In this document: piece after piece, positions 37,791 to 52,153 of the stretch
How positions within the stretch are numbered: the first letter of the stretch is position 1
How the letters are laid out: each line of letters starts with the position of its first letter
Source: Octopus sinensis
Lineage: Eukaryota
Length of the DNA stretch: 64,000 nucleotides
Assembly: GCF_006345805.1 (NCBI RefSeq)
Contig: NC_043014.1
Span: 12,028,001-12,092,000, forward strand
Direction: 5' to 3'
The notes under the pieces: model-generated
What the model was told of the DNA's origin: nothing
Databases searched by the model: none
The model's input: only the letters and a program-made list of their open reading frames with translations
Translations under genes and position numbers: made by a program

Positions 37791-39215
37791 TATGTTTCTT
37801 TATTAGCTACACAGGGCTGGACACAGACGGGACAAATTACAAAGTAGAGCTTTTCTTTTTGGGGAGAGAAAAACAAAAGAAGTAGGGCAGGTTTTCGATC
37901 AAAAGGGATCGTAAAAAAGAAAGAAAAAAAATTATCAATAGGGATCGTGTATCACAGATATGTCATGATGTAAATTGTAAAGGGGAAGCAGATAAGGTTT
38001 ATCCATGGAAAGAAAAGCCTACAGAAAAGACCACGGTAACCTCGGTCATTAATGTCACAGGTTAATACATTTATTTGCAAGTAAGTAAATCTCTGTTTTA
38101 AATTTTTCCAGGTTCATAGGATCATGCTCAAGGTGGCTTCGTCATTCATACGTGCCATCCTTACTACATTCACCCATCTTTTTTTTAAAACATTCGCTAG
38201 ACAAAACTTGCCTCTCTACTCTCACTTTTCTTTTCAAGTGATACTTGAAGAAGTTGATGAGAGATCGACCAGAGAGGAAAGTGTTTGTCTCTAATCCTTT
38301 CAGATGCGTCCACCATATACATTCTTTCGCCATAGCCACAAGGATGATGAAAATAGGTCTTCCTTCCCGTTTGAAGGAAGGAGGCGTGACGATATTGACC
38401 ATAGACTCGGCTGATAAACCGACTCGTCCCACACGTGACAGCAGTCGTTCGACATATGCCCACAGGTCGGAAATGGTTGGACACTGCACGAGTGCGTGCA
38501 GAACGGTTTCGTCGCTCTGACCGCATCTCGAGCAGGTCGGCCCCATGTTTCTCGAGCTGTGTCTGTAGAGCTTATCCCAAACTGTTAGCGCTTCTCGGTA
38601 GCACTGCCAGGTCAGGGATCTCTGGAAGTTGTCCATAGGTCCTGGCCCGAAAGTCGACCTGAACAAGCGGGTCAGGTATTTCTCATCGACGCCCAGGTTC
38701 GCCCCGAGCTCGTCGTCGTACCTCCCCTCCACTAATACCCTATAGAAAGCTTTGTTTGTGTTGAAGTCGCTCAAGGTCGACCCGGGACGGCATAGTTGCT
38801 TGACAGCAACGCGACACTTGCAGTGCCATTCGCTCTTCCTCGGCCTCTTTTTGATCCACGACTGCAGTTCGGTCGTGGAGACGAGCTGCAGGAAAGCGTG
38901 CCTCACAAACGGCGACCACACCTGTTCACCGTCGTCTACGAAGAGCCGGAGATGTCGCCGTCTCAGCGCGTGTCTGCGCATCATCAACCGCGGCATGCCC
39001 AGTCCTCCTTTTAACGGGTGTTGACAGCAAATGGATCGCCTGACCATCGAGATGCATCCTTTCCACAAGAAGCGGAACAGAATGCATTCTAGTTTGGTGA
39101 TGGTAGGGTCGGGACAAGGCACAACGGTCAGGCGGTAGTAGATGACGGACGCGATGTACGTGTTCGCCACCTCCGCCCGACCATTTGGGACAGTTTCCTC
39201 TCGGCCCATTGCCGG
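37791..39215 (-). mobile_element. 5'-truncated Tx1/L1-clade LINE (ORF2 C-terminus and 3' UTR)
   Basis: ORF 38142-39209: GRAEVANTYIASVIYYRL, FRFLWKG, KGGLGMP, zinc knuckle CSRCGQSDETVLHALVQC. Confidence 0.85.
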
Positions 39216-40212
39216 GCGAAAGTGACCATCCTTGTCATTATCTCGTTCCAGCTCTTCTCCATTTGGAGGTCCTCTTCACCATTTTGCCTTTATTTATTTT
39301 GTTCATTCTTTCCTTTCATTCATTCATTTACTAATTCATTCATTCTTTATTTCATTTTTTTTCTATCTTTTGTATCACTCACATAGAGTTATTATGGCCT
39401 CGGCTTCTAAATCCCCTCGAAGCAGTCTGTTCTTATTCTCTCATTTTCTTCGCCAAGTTACCATTTTCAGACTTCACACGAAACATTTCACAGAAATCTT
39501 TCCTTCACACAACTATTCTATGTGTTTTCACTACTTAGAGTATGAAAGATTATTGCCTGCATGCACTGGTGATCATCCGGAAACAACTATTCTTAGAAAT
39601 ATGTTTTTCAAAGACCATCGTGCCCTGCACGAAGTCCCACAGCTTGTTCGTTTCCAATTATTAAATATGACCACGATTAACATTCCTTCTAATTTGTACC
39701 TATTATTCATTAGTCGAAAAGAAATAATAAAACATAAACAAGCTGACGCTGCCTTCTGCCCTGTTATAAACATTGCTAGGAGACATTTCATTGAAAAGCA
39801 TAAACAATGGCGTACTTAATGTCGTCTGGGCCGCTCGGTAGAGACATTTTACTGAGTCAAATGCACTACTTCATACATATTTAAGCAATTCCTGATCCTC
39901 ATTGAGGTACTAGTACGACCCATATTTCAGTACGGCTCACATGTCTAAAATGGAACAGCCACTCCAAATAAAAAACTGTACGAACATTCTAGATCAACTT
40001 CCTCCATGTACCACCCACTGAATTCCTTTATACTTTTCTCGGTAGCTTTACTATATTTTCTTTCCCATAAATTCTGTGGCAAAATCTTCATCTGAACCAG
40101 TGGTTCTCGAGCATTTTTTTGCCTATGGTCTCCTTTGACTTTTATTGTACCCAAGTAGACACACATAGCCATTCGACATATGTAAAAACCATATTCTATT
40201 TTTATACTTAAA

Positions 40213-40604
40213 CTAGCAGTATCGCCCGGCGTTGCTCGGGTTTGTTTCGACCCTTTAGAATTGGAATTTTTGAAAAGTAAAAGTTTTGCATTATGTAGCT
40301 TGTTATTCTCTTTAAGAGAACATTTTTCTGGTTGAAATACACAGAAAAATGGCGACACAGCAGTCAAAAAGTAGTAAAAAAAAAATAGGGATTTTCATAG
40401 AAAAAAACCACCTTTCTGATATAAATAATTCTTGTTAACAAGGTCCGATTTGATTATTTTCTTCTACGAAAGGAAGAGCAAGCCTTCTTCTATTATGCTC
40501 CCAATTTTGTCAACTTGCGCCGCAGGGTCTCGGAGGAGATAGTGTTACTTGAAGGTTACCAAACCTGCCATACACAGACAACTTCAGCTTTATATAGAGA
40601 GAGA
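40213..40604 (-). mobile_element. Non-autonomous Helitron-like element
   Basis: TC start; 3' end cccgagcaacgccgggcgatactgCTAG. Confidence 0.8.
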
Positions 40605-40800
40605 TATCATAAGGAATTGTATAGAAAAATTGTTAAAATATTTTGCGTATTGTAAAAGCAGAACCAATTTATTGCAGATAAATTTTAAAGATAACAATCT
40701 AGTTTGGAACCCCAAGGCTCATGTGGACCCCGACTGAGAACCACTAATCTAAATTTTGTTTTAGCATCTCTTTTTATTGTTTTGAGCTAACTCTCTTCAC

Positions 40801-41465
<665 letters not shown>

Positions 41466-42756
41466 CAATGACATCGGTGCCGTTAAAATCGATAGTGGCA
41501 GGAAATTCAAGGATATACAGGGTTTTTCAGAAAGTTTACATTCTGTGAAGGAAGGAATAGCCGTATTGGTTATCACGGTGTCTAAGACTGAGTGGACACA
41601 ATAGAGGTATCAAAAAGAGGAGAAATGAATGTGTCGAAATTGCCTGTGAGTGCAATAGGAAACCAAGCGGCAAAGTCTTATACTGTAGTAGCGGTAGAAA
41701 ACTTAAAACACATTTGTCAGTCAGAGGTAGAGTGTGGTTCTTACTACATGGATTAACATGGAAACATCTGAGCAAAACATTACTCATCCACCCCTATCAA
41801 AATACGTCTTTTCTCAAATTTAATAAAATATTTCTAACATTTGGTATAAATTTACAGGGCAATGAAGAATTGATTAAGTTGACTCCCTAATTGTGGACTG
41901 ATATTAATTTTAATAAACTCGAAAATGACGAAAAGATTCTAGCTAAATGCCAGAAGACATTTCGTCCGGTAAGCAACCGATTTTGCCATCCAGCGGAAAA
42001 AGAAAAACACTACGCCGAAAGAAATAGTTTCATTTGTCGTCTGCTTTTTGCTCTAAGAAAAGTTTACTAAAGGTCACTTATACTAAAAAGACCGTGCACC
42101 GAAAGAAACCGTACACTTGATGCCATCAGAGCCTGGTTTGCGTTAGAAGTTTCACTAGGTCACGTGCACCATGTGAAGAACGCTATGTCAAAGGAAGTAG
42201 TACCTCAGTTATCGTCTGCTTACAGCTGCGATAAAAGTGTGTCTATCACAAACTCATTGAAACATTAATAAATAAACAAACAATATTGCACCAGAAGAGG
42301 TAATACATTAGATGCAGCCTCTCTCTTTCTCTCTCTCTGTCTATCTTTCTATCTATCTATCTATCTATCTATCTCTTTTGCATCAGACGTTTTACTAAGG
42401 CACACGAAATATATGGAAAAACATTGGAAAGAGGTTGTAGTAACTGTGTTGTCTGTCGTCTGCCCACATATGAGATAGAAAACCTCAATATAGAAACCTC
42501 AGTATGAAGACGTTCGCTCCTGGAAGAAGAATAATGTCAACAATGGTTAGTACAGTTGATTCAGCTGAAACTGTTTATATCGACTTTAGTGCATCATTAT
42601 TCTCTTCGTGTTTATTAAAAGATGAAATCTTTTTATATATTCATACACTTACATAACATGCACTCATAGACACATATCATAGATTGTACTCATAGACACA
42701 CGTAAAACACACACACATTCTCTCTCTCCCTCTATCTCTATCTATCTATCTATCTA

Positions 42757-42803
<47 letters not shown>

Positions 42804-43909
42804 TACATGCACATTTTATCTCACTCCACCCACACTCTCTTTCGTCCACGCGCTCTCTCTCTCTCTCTCTCTTATATACACCCATACACACACATACATG
42901 TATATACACACATATATACACATGTAAATACATGTGAATGAGCTCAAGTGTAAGTGTGTGTGTGTGTGTGTGTGTGCATGTCTGTACATTTTCATTAGTT
43001 ATATAACGAGATTATTTTTTTGAAGTATATCTTTGTCAGAGAAAGTTCGTAATACCGTGAGTTGTTAAGAATGCGACGAGACAAAAGAAAGATTAAGAAA
43101 GAGAGAAGTGAGAGAGTGAGAGAGAAAGGAGAGAAAGAGAGAGGGAGGGTGATGGGAGAGCTAATAGATAATTTATGAATGAAAAGAAACTGGGTTCCCG
43201 AGCTCAGAATTTAAATGTATACTAGAGGGCCATAGGGCTAACATTCAGTGCAAAGGTATTGCCAGATTCTAAAGTCACGGGGAGCAAGCACATAAAAAGA
43301 AAGGTGCCGTGACACATACCAAGTAATATTTAACTCATTTCTTTCATATTACACGAAATATTTCGTTAGTTGAAATAGGCGCAGGCGAGGTTGTGTGGTA
43401 AGAAGCTTGCTTCCCAACCACAGGTTCCGGGTTCAGTTCCCCTGCGTGACACCTTGGACGAGTATCTTCTATTATAGCCTCGGACCGTCCAAAACCTTGT
43501 GCTAGACAAGACTAGACAAAAAAGGAGCTGTGACAGAGAGTCACTCTGGAAAATGCCACATGAAATGCTTACATCTCCAGCATTGAGAGATTCATTGTCA
43601 CTGTTCGAAGTCATTGTGGTTCTCCATGATCTCATACTTATTATTATTATTATTATTATTATATTATTATTATTATTATGATTATTATCATTATTATTAT
43701 GATTATTATTATTATTGTTATTTATTATTATTATTTTTATTATTATTATTATTATTATATTATTATTATATTATTATTATAAGTACCAGTTACGTACTGG
43801 GGTCGATATAATCGACTTACTCCCTTGGTCTGTCCTTGTTTGTCCTCTCTATGTTTAGCCCCTTGAGGGCAATAAAGAATTATTATTGTTGTTGTTGCTG
43901 TTATTATTA

Positions 43910-44085
43910 AGGCGCCGAGCTGACAGAATCGTTAGCAGGCCGAGCGAATTGCTTAGCAGTATTTCGTCTGCCGCTAAGTTCTGAGTTCGAATTCCGCCGA
44001 GTTCGACTTTGCTTTTCATCCTTTCGGGGTCGATGTAATCGACTGTTCCCCTCCCCCAAGCTGCCCTTGTGGCAAAAATTTGAAA
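43910..44085 (+). mobile_element. SINE B with tail 2 (a tail-1 fragment lies at ~43780-43880)
   Basis: ggcgccgagctgacagaatcgttagc...gccttgtggcaaaaatttga. Confidence 0.8.
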
Positions 44086-44121
44086 TCATTATCATTATTA
44101 TTATTGTTGTTGTTGTTGTTA

Positions 44122-44195
<74 letters not shown>

Positions 44196-44926
44196 CTACT
44201 GCATTTGTATCTTTCAGCCCTTGTGGCTAACCAAGAAATCGCCATCGTCGTCGTCGTAGTCGCCATCGCCACCGCGGCCGTCGTCGTCGTCGTTGCAGTT
44301 GCTGTTGTTATTTTTTAAATTCGAGCTGCACAAACTGTACACATTGTCGTTCTGTAAAGTTTTTTAAACTCTCTCTCGCCTTTTCTTCCAGTTCCTCCGA
44401 TGATATTTTGAATTTTTGGTTCTGGAGCTTATTTATTACATACTCAGTGAAGGAAAAAAAAATACAAAGGTTTTTTTAAAGTTTTTTTTTCTCTAGTTAG
44501 ACAAGCCACAGCTATTTGTTTTGTTTTTTTTTTTTTTTTTGCCGTCGTCTGCGTTTTAGCAAATAATCAAAATATATATAAATGTCATCAGCGTTGACAT
44601 TTCAAGAGAGAAACGCTGGGAGGCAATCCTGACAGACGAGAGGTAGTAGCCACTTCAGAAACTGCCGCTTGTCGAGAGGAAAAAAAAAAACTGATTATAT
44701 CCGAACATTTTACGGAAAAATTTTGTCGCAACATCATCACCAACAACAGCAACATCAAGAACACCAACAACTTCCAACATGTCTAGAACCAAAAACGACG
44801 CCAAAGACGAAAAAGCTATAAAACTATTCAACGATAATAATTTTCATTTCAATATTTTTAATGGAAAGAGACTGCTAGCTTTGCCTGTTTTAAGGGAAAG
44901 CAACAGTAATATCCTTCCTGCTTAAA

Positions 44927-45418
44927 GCACAGGGCCTGAAGTTTTGGGGAAAGGGAAAGTCGATTGCATCGAACCCAGCGCTCAATTGGTACTTATTTTA
45001 TAGACCATAGCGAAATTTGAACTGAGAACGTAACGACAGATGAAAAGCTGTTAAGCATTTTGTTTGACGTGCTAACGATTCTTATTTCTTTATTGCCCAC
45101 AAGGGGCTACACACAGAGGGGACAAACAAGGACAGACAAACGGATTAAGTCGATTATATCGACCCCAGTGCGTAACTGGTACTTATTTAATCGCCCCCGA
45201 AAAGATGAAAGGCAAAGTCGACCTCGGCGGAATTTGAACTCAGAACGTAGCGGCAGACGAAATACCTATTTCTTTACTGCCCACAAGGGGCTGCACATAG
45301 AGGGGACAAACAAGGACAGAACGTAAAGTGGACCTCAGAACGCAAAGTGAACCTCAGAAAAAGTAATTGCTGCTAAGCATTTTTCCCAGCGTTCTAACGA
45401 TTCCACCAGCTCGCCGCC
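44927..45418 (-). mobile_element. SINE B oligomer showing both junction types
   Basis: gaaatacc|tatttcttt at ~45265 and gctaacgatt|cttatttcttt at ~45080. Confidence 0.8.
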
Positions 45419-46359
45419 ATGAGTAATAACAGTCATATCACCATCATTAACAACAACGAGAAGTAAAGAGAGAAAGAAAAATAATAAAAACAACAAAATC
45501 GCCATCTTCACTAATGTTTCCACTATTGCAACGGCGACTAGACAACACGTTCCACCCTGCAATTCTGTACGCCAAAACCTCATCCAGCTCCACCATCAAA
45601 AGCATAATATTTCCCTTTATTTTTCCTTTTTCCTTTTTTCTTTTTTTTTTTTTTTTTTATGCTTTTCTACCACCCTCGTTGCCGCTACTACCACCACCAC
45701 CACTCATTGTGGCGGCCGGAACCATCAGCCGCAGGTTATTTCTGTTCTTTATATTTCTTTATATAGACAGAAACAGACTTGTAAAACGCCCAAAATCTAG
45801 TCTGGAGTAACAGCAGTTGAACTACATTATCCGTTACAACGAAAGCTCCTGGAGAAAACAACCCAGAGAACAATTACTTACTAGTATCTAAAGGTTAAGA
45901 GCTGCCGAGTATAAAGGGCCACATAAACCTTTCTGGAAAAGTAATTGAGAGGAATTTTCTTTCTTGAGCCCTAGGACACATAATGGTCACTTACCCGGTC
46001 TCCATGATATATAAGTGACCGAAATCACAATATTTCCCATGATTGAGATACCGGTCCGTCGCAGGATTTTGAAGAGTGATAAATTTAATCTCGGCGGGAT
46101 TTGAACTCAGGTTGTAAAGAGTAGGAAGAAATGCCTGTCAGTATTTGAACTAACGATTCTGCCATCACACCGCCTAGTAGAGAGGCATGTAGGAGATTAA
46201 AAAGAGTGTCCCAAGATAAAGATAGTTTGACGGTAGAACATTAAGTATCATTGACCAACCATTCGCCAACTACTCAATTTCCCTTAATCCCGATCACAAA
46301 AGCAAAACAGTAGCCTCTCCCATCAAACTTGTTGGTCTTGTGCCAAAATCCGAAACAAA

Positions 46360-46620
46360 TTATATATAGTGTGTGTTTCCTAATTAGAATAGCCTCTTTT
46401 ATTTGCAAATTTCCAATGTTCCTTTCTATAGTTTCAGTAGAAACTTGAATGTCTTGGGTGTGGCTTTTGTGAAGATGTTTTTTGACAGAAAAGGCATTAG
46501 TATACCGCTGTTCTCCGATGAGTATGTGTACTTGTCTGATGGCACTTTCGGTGGGCATTTCGTTGCATTGGTTGCATAGGATTTTATACACCAGATAGGA
46601 CTGCAGGCATATATTTTCAT
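46360..46620 (-). pseudogene. Penelope-like GIY-YIG endonuclease remnant
   Basis: VYKILCNQCNE...IRQVH...SVKKHLH...NLQIKEAILIRK in ORF 46274-46693. Confidence 0.65.
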
Positions 46621-46684
46621 TTTTGATCAGACAATTGGGCAGTGTATATATGCATATATATACATACACACCACACACACACAC

Positions 46685-46730
<46 letters not shown>

Positions 46731-47213
46731 GTAAATGTAAACAGTAAAAATAATTACAGACATGGACAAGAACATGAAACACCACAGAGACGACACAAGA
46801 ACCACGGACGGGACATTCAAGCCCTCAGTCATCAGTCAAGAACCAGATCATCTTAGCAATTTCGGCTGATTAATCTTGAGATTGCTCCGATTTGGCAGCC
46901 CGCCAAGGGAAATCTAAGCCAAGCGCATTAGATCCCTGGAAGAAAGGCTTCGAATGTATACAACACGAGGACGGAAAACGAACGAAGGACACGAACAAAA
47001 ATACAGAATACGTGACACCAATAAGAATACAAAACGTAAAAAACAAAAACGGTAAAACAAAAAAAAAAATAAAAAACAAAACAAAACCAGGACGTAGGAC
47101 AAGAGTCTTTCGACAGGACGAGTTGAGTTAGGGCTGGCTTATGAAGTTGTGCTAATGGCCGCAGGGAGACGAACAAATACGTGTTGCTTCGGCGACTGCT
47201 GGAACGAAAAGGG

Positions 47214-47313
47214 NNNNNNNNNNNNNNNNNNNNNNNNNNNNNNNNNNNNNNNNNNNNNNNNNNNNNNNNNNNNNNNNNNNNNNNNNNNNNNNNNNNNNNN
47301 NNNNNNNNNNNNN
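47214..47313. other. Assembly gap (100 N)
   Basis: Run of n characters. Confidence 1.
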
Positions 47314-48422
47314 TATACGACGGGCTACTTTCAGTTTTCATCTACCAAATCCACTCACAAGCTTTGGTCGGCCCGAGGCTATAGTAGAAGACACTTGCCC
47401 AAGGTGCCACGCAGTGGGACTGAACCCGGAACTATGTAGTTCGTCAGGAAGCTACTTACCACACAGCTACTCCTACGCCTAGGTAGGAGTGGCTAAAGTT
47501 GAAAATCTTATAATTTGTAAGTTTTTTCTTTCACACTGTTCCATTCGATAGTTTAATAACTTTACAACAAAACATTATTAACATCAAACCATTTAAGCTT
47601 CGACCCAAATGACTCCAAATTTTTCGTTTTTAATCAAATTCTATTCGTTTACCATTTTCTCCTTATACACTCACAGGTGTATATTTGCGATTCGTTAATG
47701 AGTGTTATTTTGTAATAAATTTCGAGAAGGGTGTAAGAAACTGTCTATTATCTTACTTGCTCGCATTCTCCTTCGACGTTTCCGCCTCTTGTTCGGTCTC
47801 TTCTTCCGTTTCCGTTTATGACCATTCACGTGACTTCGTCGTGTTCGATCTACGTCGTCTTTGGCTGAAAAATATTTGAATAAAGTATTCCATATTTAAA
47901 ACAGTAATCTTTATTGAACGCATTACTTAGTAGGTGATACACACACATACACATACGCACACACACAAACATACACACAGCGCACACACAAACACACATA
48001 CATACTCGCACGCGCACAGACACATACACACACATACACACACACGCGCGCACAGACACACACAAACATACATACAAACACGCGCGCACAGATACATATA
48101 TAAACACCCAAACATAAACACACACATGCGCCCGTGCAGAAACACACACAGGTGCGCGCGCACACACACACATACACACACAAACATACTTACACACACG
48201 CGCGAGCGCACACACACACATACACACGCACACACACAGACACATATATATGAAATTATTAGTGGTAATATATTGGTTTCAAATTTGGCCAGCAATTTTT
48301 GACCTCAGCGGAATCTGAACTCAAAACGTGAACACAGACAAAATGCCCAACAGCATTTTGTCCGACGCACGAAAGACTGCCAGTTTGCTGCCTTACAAGA
48401 GGTAATATATTACAAAGAATAA

Positions 48423-48652
48423 GACGGCGAGCTGGCAGAATCGTTAGCACGTCGGGCGAAATACTTAGCGGTATTTCATCTAGCGTTACGTTCTGAGTTC
48501 AAACTCCGCCGAGGTCGACTTTGCCTTTCATCCTTTCGAGTTGATTAAATAAGTACGAGTTACGCACTGGGGTCGATGTAATCGACTGAAACCCTTTGTC
48601 TGACCTTGTTTGTCCCCTCTATGTTTAGCCCTCTCTGGATAATAAAGGAATA
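48423..48652 (+). mobile_element. SINE B monomer with tail 1
   Basis: Family B consensus. Confidence 0.9.
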
Positions 48653-48665
48653 TATATATTAAATA

Positions 48666-48827
48666 GGCGTAGGAGTGGCTGTGTGGTAAGTAGCTTGCTT
48701 ACGAACCTACATGGTTCCGGGTTCAGTCCCACTGCGTGGCACCTTGGGCAAGTGTCTTCTGCTATAGCCTCGGGTCGACCAAAGCCTTGTGAGTGGATTT
48801 GGTAGACGGAAACTGAAAGCCCGTCGA

Positions 48828-48873
<46 letters not shown>

Positions 48874-49088
48874 TTGTGTATCTGTGTTTGTGCCCCCAAC
48901 GTCACTTGAAAACCGATGCTGGTGTGTTTACGTCCCCGTAACTTAGCGGTTCGGCAAAAGAGACCGATAGATAAGTACTAGGCTTACAAAGAATAAGTCC
49001 TGAGAGTCGATTTGCTCGACTAAAGGCGGTGCTCCAGCACGGCCACAGTCAAATGACTGAAACAGGTGAAAGAGAGTAAAAGAGAGTA
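48666..49088 (+). mobile_element. SINE A, full length
   Basis: Family A consensus. Confidence 0.9.
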
Positions 49089-49680
49089 AGCAAACAAATA
49101 CAAGCGCCAAATCTGTAAAGAATTCGGCTATGCAGCACATAACTCATGCAATCAAGTCTTGAAAGTCTAAGAACAGACGTTTAATAAGAGGTTTCTCAAC
49201 GTTTACTTCCACTATCCATAAGAGAACGTCAATCAGCTCGTCTCATTCTATGGCAGGGAGGAAGCTGTCTTGCAACAACGATGGGATCAACTAATAAAAC
49301 TGCCACAGTTAAACTCAGGCGCTGTTCTAAAGATAAGCCGTGAAGACAAGACGCTTGATGAAAATAGCGTTAAATTCATGACGGAGATAATTAACTTGTT
49401 CGGCATCAAAAATGATACAAATAGGAAATAAACTCAATTATACTTTGCGAGGAAAACGAAATATTAAGATATTTAGTTAAAGGCCGCATTTGAAGAACAA
49501 AGTACACAAGAAATTGGTAGAAATTTAAGAAATGAACTCATGTCTTTGGTAGTTCCAGAGGAGAGTAACAGATTTTATACCTCAGAATAATTTTAATCGA
49601 TAAAACAGTTAATAATAACTCTTGTATTTTATTTACATTATTTACATTTGACGGATATTTGTCCTCATCTTGTTTGTTGT

Positions 49681-49975
49681 TAACACAACGCTTCGTCTGA
49701 TATATATTTCTTTATTGCCCACAGGGGGCTAAACACAGAGGGGACAAACAACGATAGACAAAGGGCTTAAGTCGGTTACATCGACCCCAGTGCGTAACTG
49801 GCACTTAATTTATTGTCCCCGAAAGGATGAAAGGCAAAGTCGACCTCGGCAGAATTTGAACTCAGAACGTAACGGCAGCCGAAATACCGCTAAGCATTTC
49901 GCCCGACGTGCTAACTATTCTGCCAGCTCGCCGCCCTATTTCGACTGATATACCCACCGGCCTTCTTCAGGGATT
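49681..49975 (-). ncRNA. Hammerhead remnant split by a SINE B insertion
   Basis: Minus strand CTGAAGA-a-ggccg...cagtc-GAAA on one side and cagac-GAAGC-GTT-gtgt on the other; 14-bp TSD at 49691-49704 / 49939-49952. Confidence 0.55.
49705..49936 (-). mobile_element. SINE B monomer with a 14-bp TSD
   Basis: TSD cttcgtctgatata / tttcgactgatata; fixes the monomer 3' end at aaagaaata. Confidence 0.9.
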
Positions 49976-49984
49976 GCTCAGTGC

Positions 49985-50440
49985 CTAAAACATCGTGCAA
50001 AGAATATAAGTAGCGATAGTGATACACACCACGAAGAAATGATCAAGCTCAATAACGATCTGTTAAGCAACAACTACCCCAAAAGTATACTATCCACTCC
50101 AATTATGAAGAAGAGAGAGGATGAGGCCAATAAACTGTCCGCAGTCTGTCTACCCTATGTGAAAGGCCTCTCCGAAAAGATACAAAAGATATGCGGCCCA
50201 TATGACATCAGGACAGTATTCAAGAGTAATACAACACTTAGCAAATGTCTCCTTCGAGTAAAACCACCAACAGAAGAGAATATGACCAAAGACTGCGTGT
50301 ACTCCATCGCATGCAGCTGTGGTAGGTTATACAAAGACGAAACATGCCGCCCCCTCAAAATAAGGGTAGACGAACATTGCAAAGCTGTGACACGAGGAGA
50401 TATTGATAAATCGGATATAGCTGATCATAAAGTCTCTTGC
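49985..50440 (+). pseudogene. Penelope-like element ORF fragment (RT thumb/linker and GIY-YIG start)
   Basis: CLPYVKGLSEKIQKIC...VFKSNTTL...CVYSIACSCGRLYKDETCRPLKIRVDEH. Confidence 0.85.
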
Positions 50441-50535
50441 TCAAGAACACAACACACAGCCCGGTCCGGGAATCGAACTTACTACTTCAAGATTGTGAGC
50501 CCAGCGTTGTAACCACTAAGCCGTGTGCCTTCATG
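50441..50535 (-). mobile_element. tRNA-derived SINE head fragment
   Basis: Minus strand ggcttagtggttacaacg...gttcgattcccggacc...ttgagcaag. Confidence 0.7.
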
Positions 50536-50976
50536 CATATAATACAATTAAAATAATATTCATCATTTTTTTTAATTTTTCATTTTTGTGATTAGTGCAG
50601 CCAGCCATTTGGGCGCCATTCTAGATGCCTCGGTATTTCCTAATCACCGCTGATCCCTGTTACTCGTTACATACATATGTCGTAGTATAGAATTCTTTCC
50701 AGACCTTTATGTTGTCGGTCCAATGTTTTCGCTTGCTTTTTTTTTTTTTTCTCTTTCCTTCAAATATGCCTTGGAGAATGTGTTTCGATAAAAGTATTAT
50801 AAACTTACGCAGGGGAAAGAATAAGAATTGTGCTATTCATGCTTTCACCACAGAACAGAGATACCAATGAAGAACTATATACGAGGTCAGTTGACCATCT
50901 AGAAACACCAGCTCAAATAGCAGAATGCCGTCTTATAAAAGCAGGATATAATAGATGATCTGATCCTAGGTATACA

Positions 50977-52051
50977 TCTATTTATATAAAATTCAACTTG
51001 TATGTCTGTGTGCGTATCTGTGTGTGTGTCTGTGTGTTTAACTTCCCGGCACATCTCCTCCTAGCCAACAAATCGTAGAACCACCAAAAATGGGTCACTT
51101 AAAGTCTAGGCGAATGAAAATTGAACTGTTCCGAAATTCATCTCGCAAGTGCAAAAAATCGATAATGTGTTTGTTTAGGCCTTATCCCATGCATTGAATA
51201 GTGAACTTTACTCAGTCAGCTGTTTGACGTGAACTGTGTTCACCACGCGTGCAAGCATGCGTAAATTGCATGAAAAATAAAAAATCGAGATATAAAAACG
51301 AATCGCCGTAAACATTGTAGAAATTCGGCAAAGAAATGAATTTTCGGGATGTAGTCTGGAGGGTTTTTTCGTATTAATCGTTTGGACTTTGTGTTAAAAA
51401 TGTTATGAAAACAATTTGTTTTCATAACATTTTTAACGCTTTGAATTAAATGTGACCATTTTGCGTTGAGTCTGCAGTTTGAATCACTTTAACCAAATTT
51501 TAGCAGGCCGGATTTTTGATCATCACGATACATCACCAGCGACTCCTTGAAATCCCCGTTGAGAAATCTATATATATAAAACACAACTTGTGTGTGTCTG
51601 TGTGTTTAACTTTTGGATATACCAAGTTTCATTATTAAGGATGGAAAGTAGTGTGTAGCAAATCTGTATATATAAAGCTGAAGTTGTCTGTGTGTGGCAG
51701 GTTTGGTAGCCTTCAACTAACACTGTCTCCTTTGAGACCCTACAGCGCAAGTTGACCAAAATTGAAAGTACGATAGAAGAAGGCTTGCTCTTCATTCTGT
51801 AGAAGATAAAATTCAAATCGGACCATGTTAACACCAAAAATTATTTACGTCAAAAAGGTGCTTTTTTTCTATGAAAATCCCTATTTTTTTACGATTTTTG
51901 ACTGCTGTGTCACCATTTTTCGGTGTATTTTACTGGAAAAATGTTCACCTAAAGAGAATAACAAGTTGCATAATGCAAAATTTTTACTTTTCAAAAATTC
52001 TAATTCTGAAGGGTCGAAACAAACCCGAGCAACACCGGGTGATACTGCTAG
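50977..52051 (+). mobile_element. Compound Helitron-like element with three 5' ends and one 3' end
   Basis: aTC..tatataaa starts at 50977, 51567 and 51663; cccgagcaacaccggg hairpin and CTAG at 52048-52051. Confidence 0.7.
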
Positions 52052-52098
52052 TAATCTATAAATATTCATATGCGCACGCTAACACACACACACACACG

Positions 52099-52153
<55 letters not shown>

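Noticed and set aside
39232-39819. 195-aa ORF
   Set aside because: Low-complexity T-rich start, no recognisable domain, wedged between LINE relics; blastp or HMM search and RNA-seq would be needed
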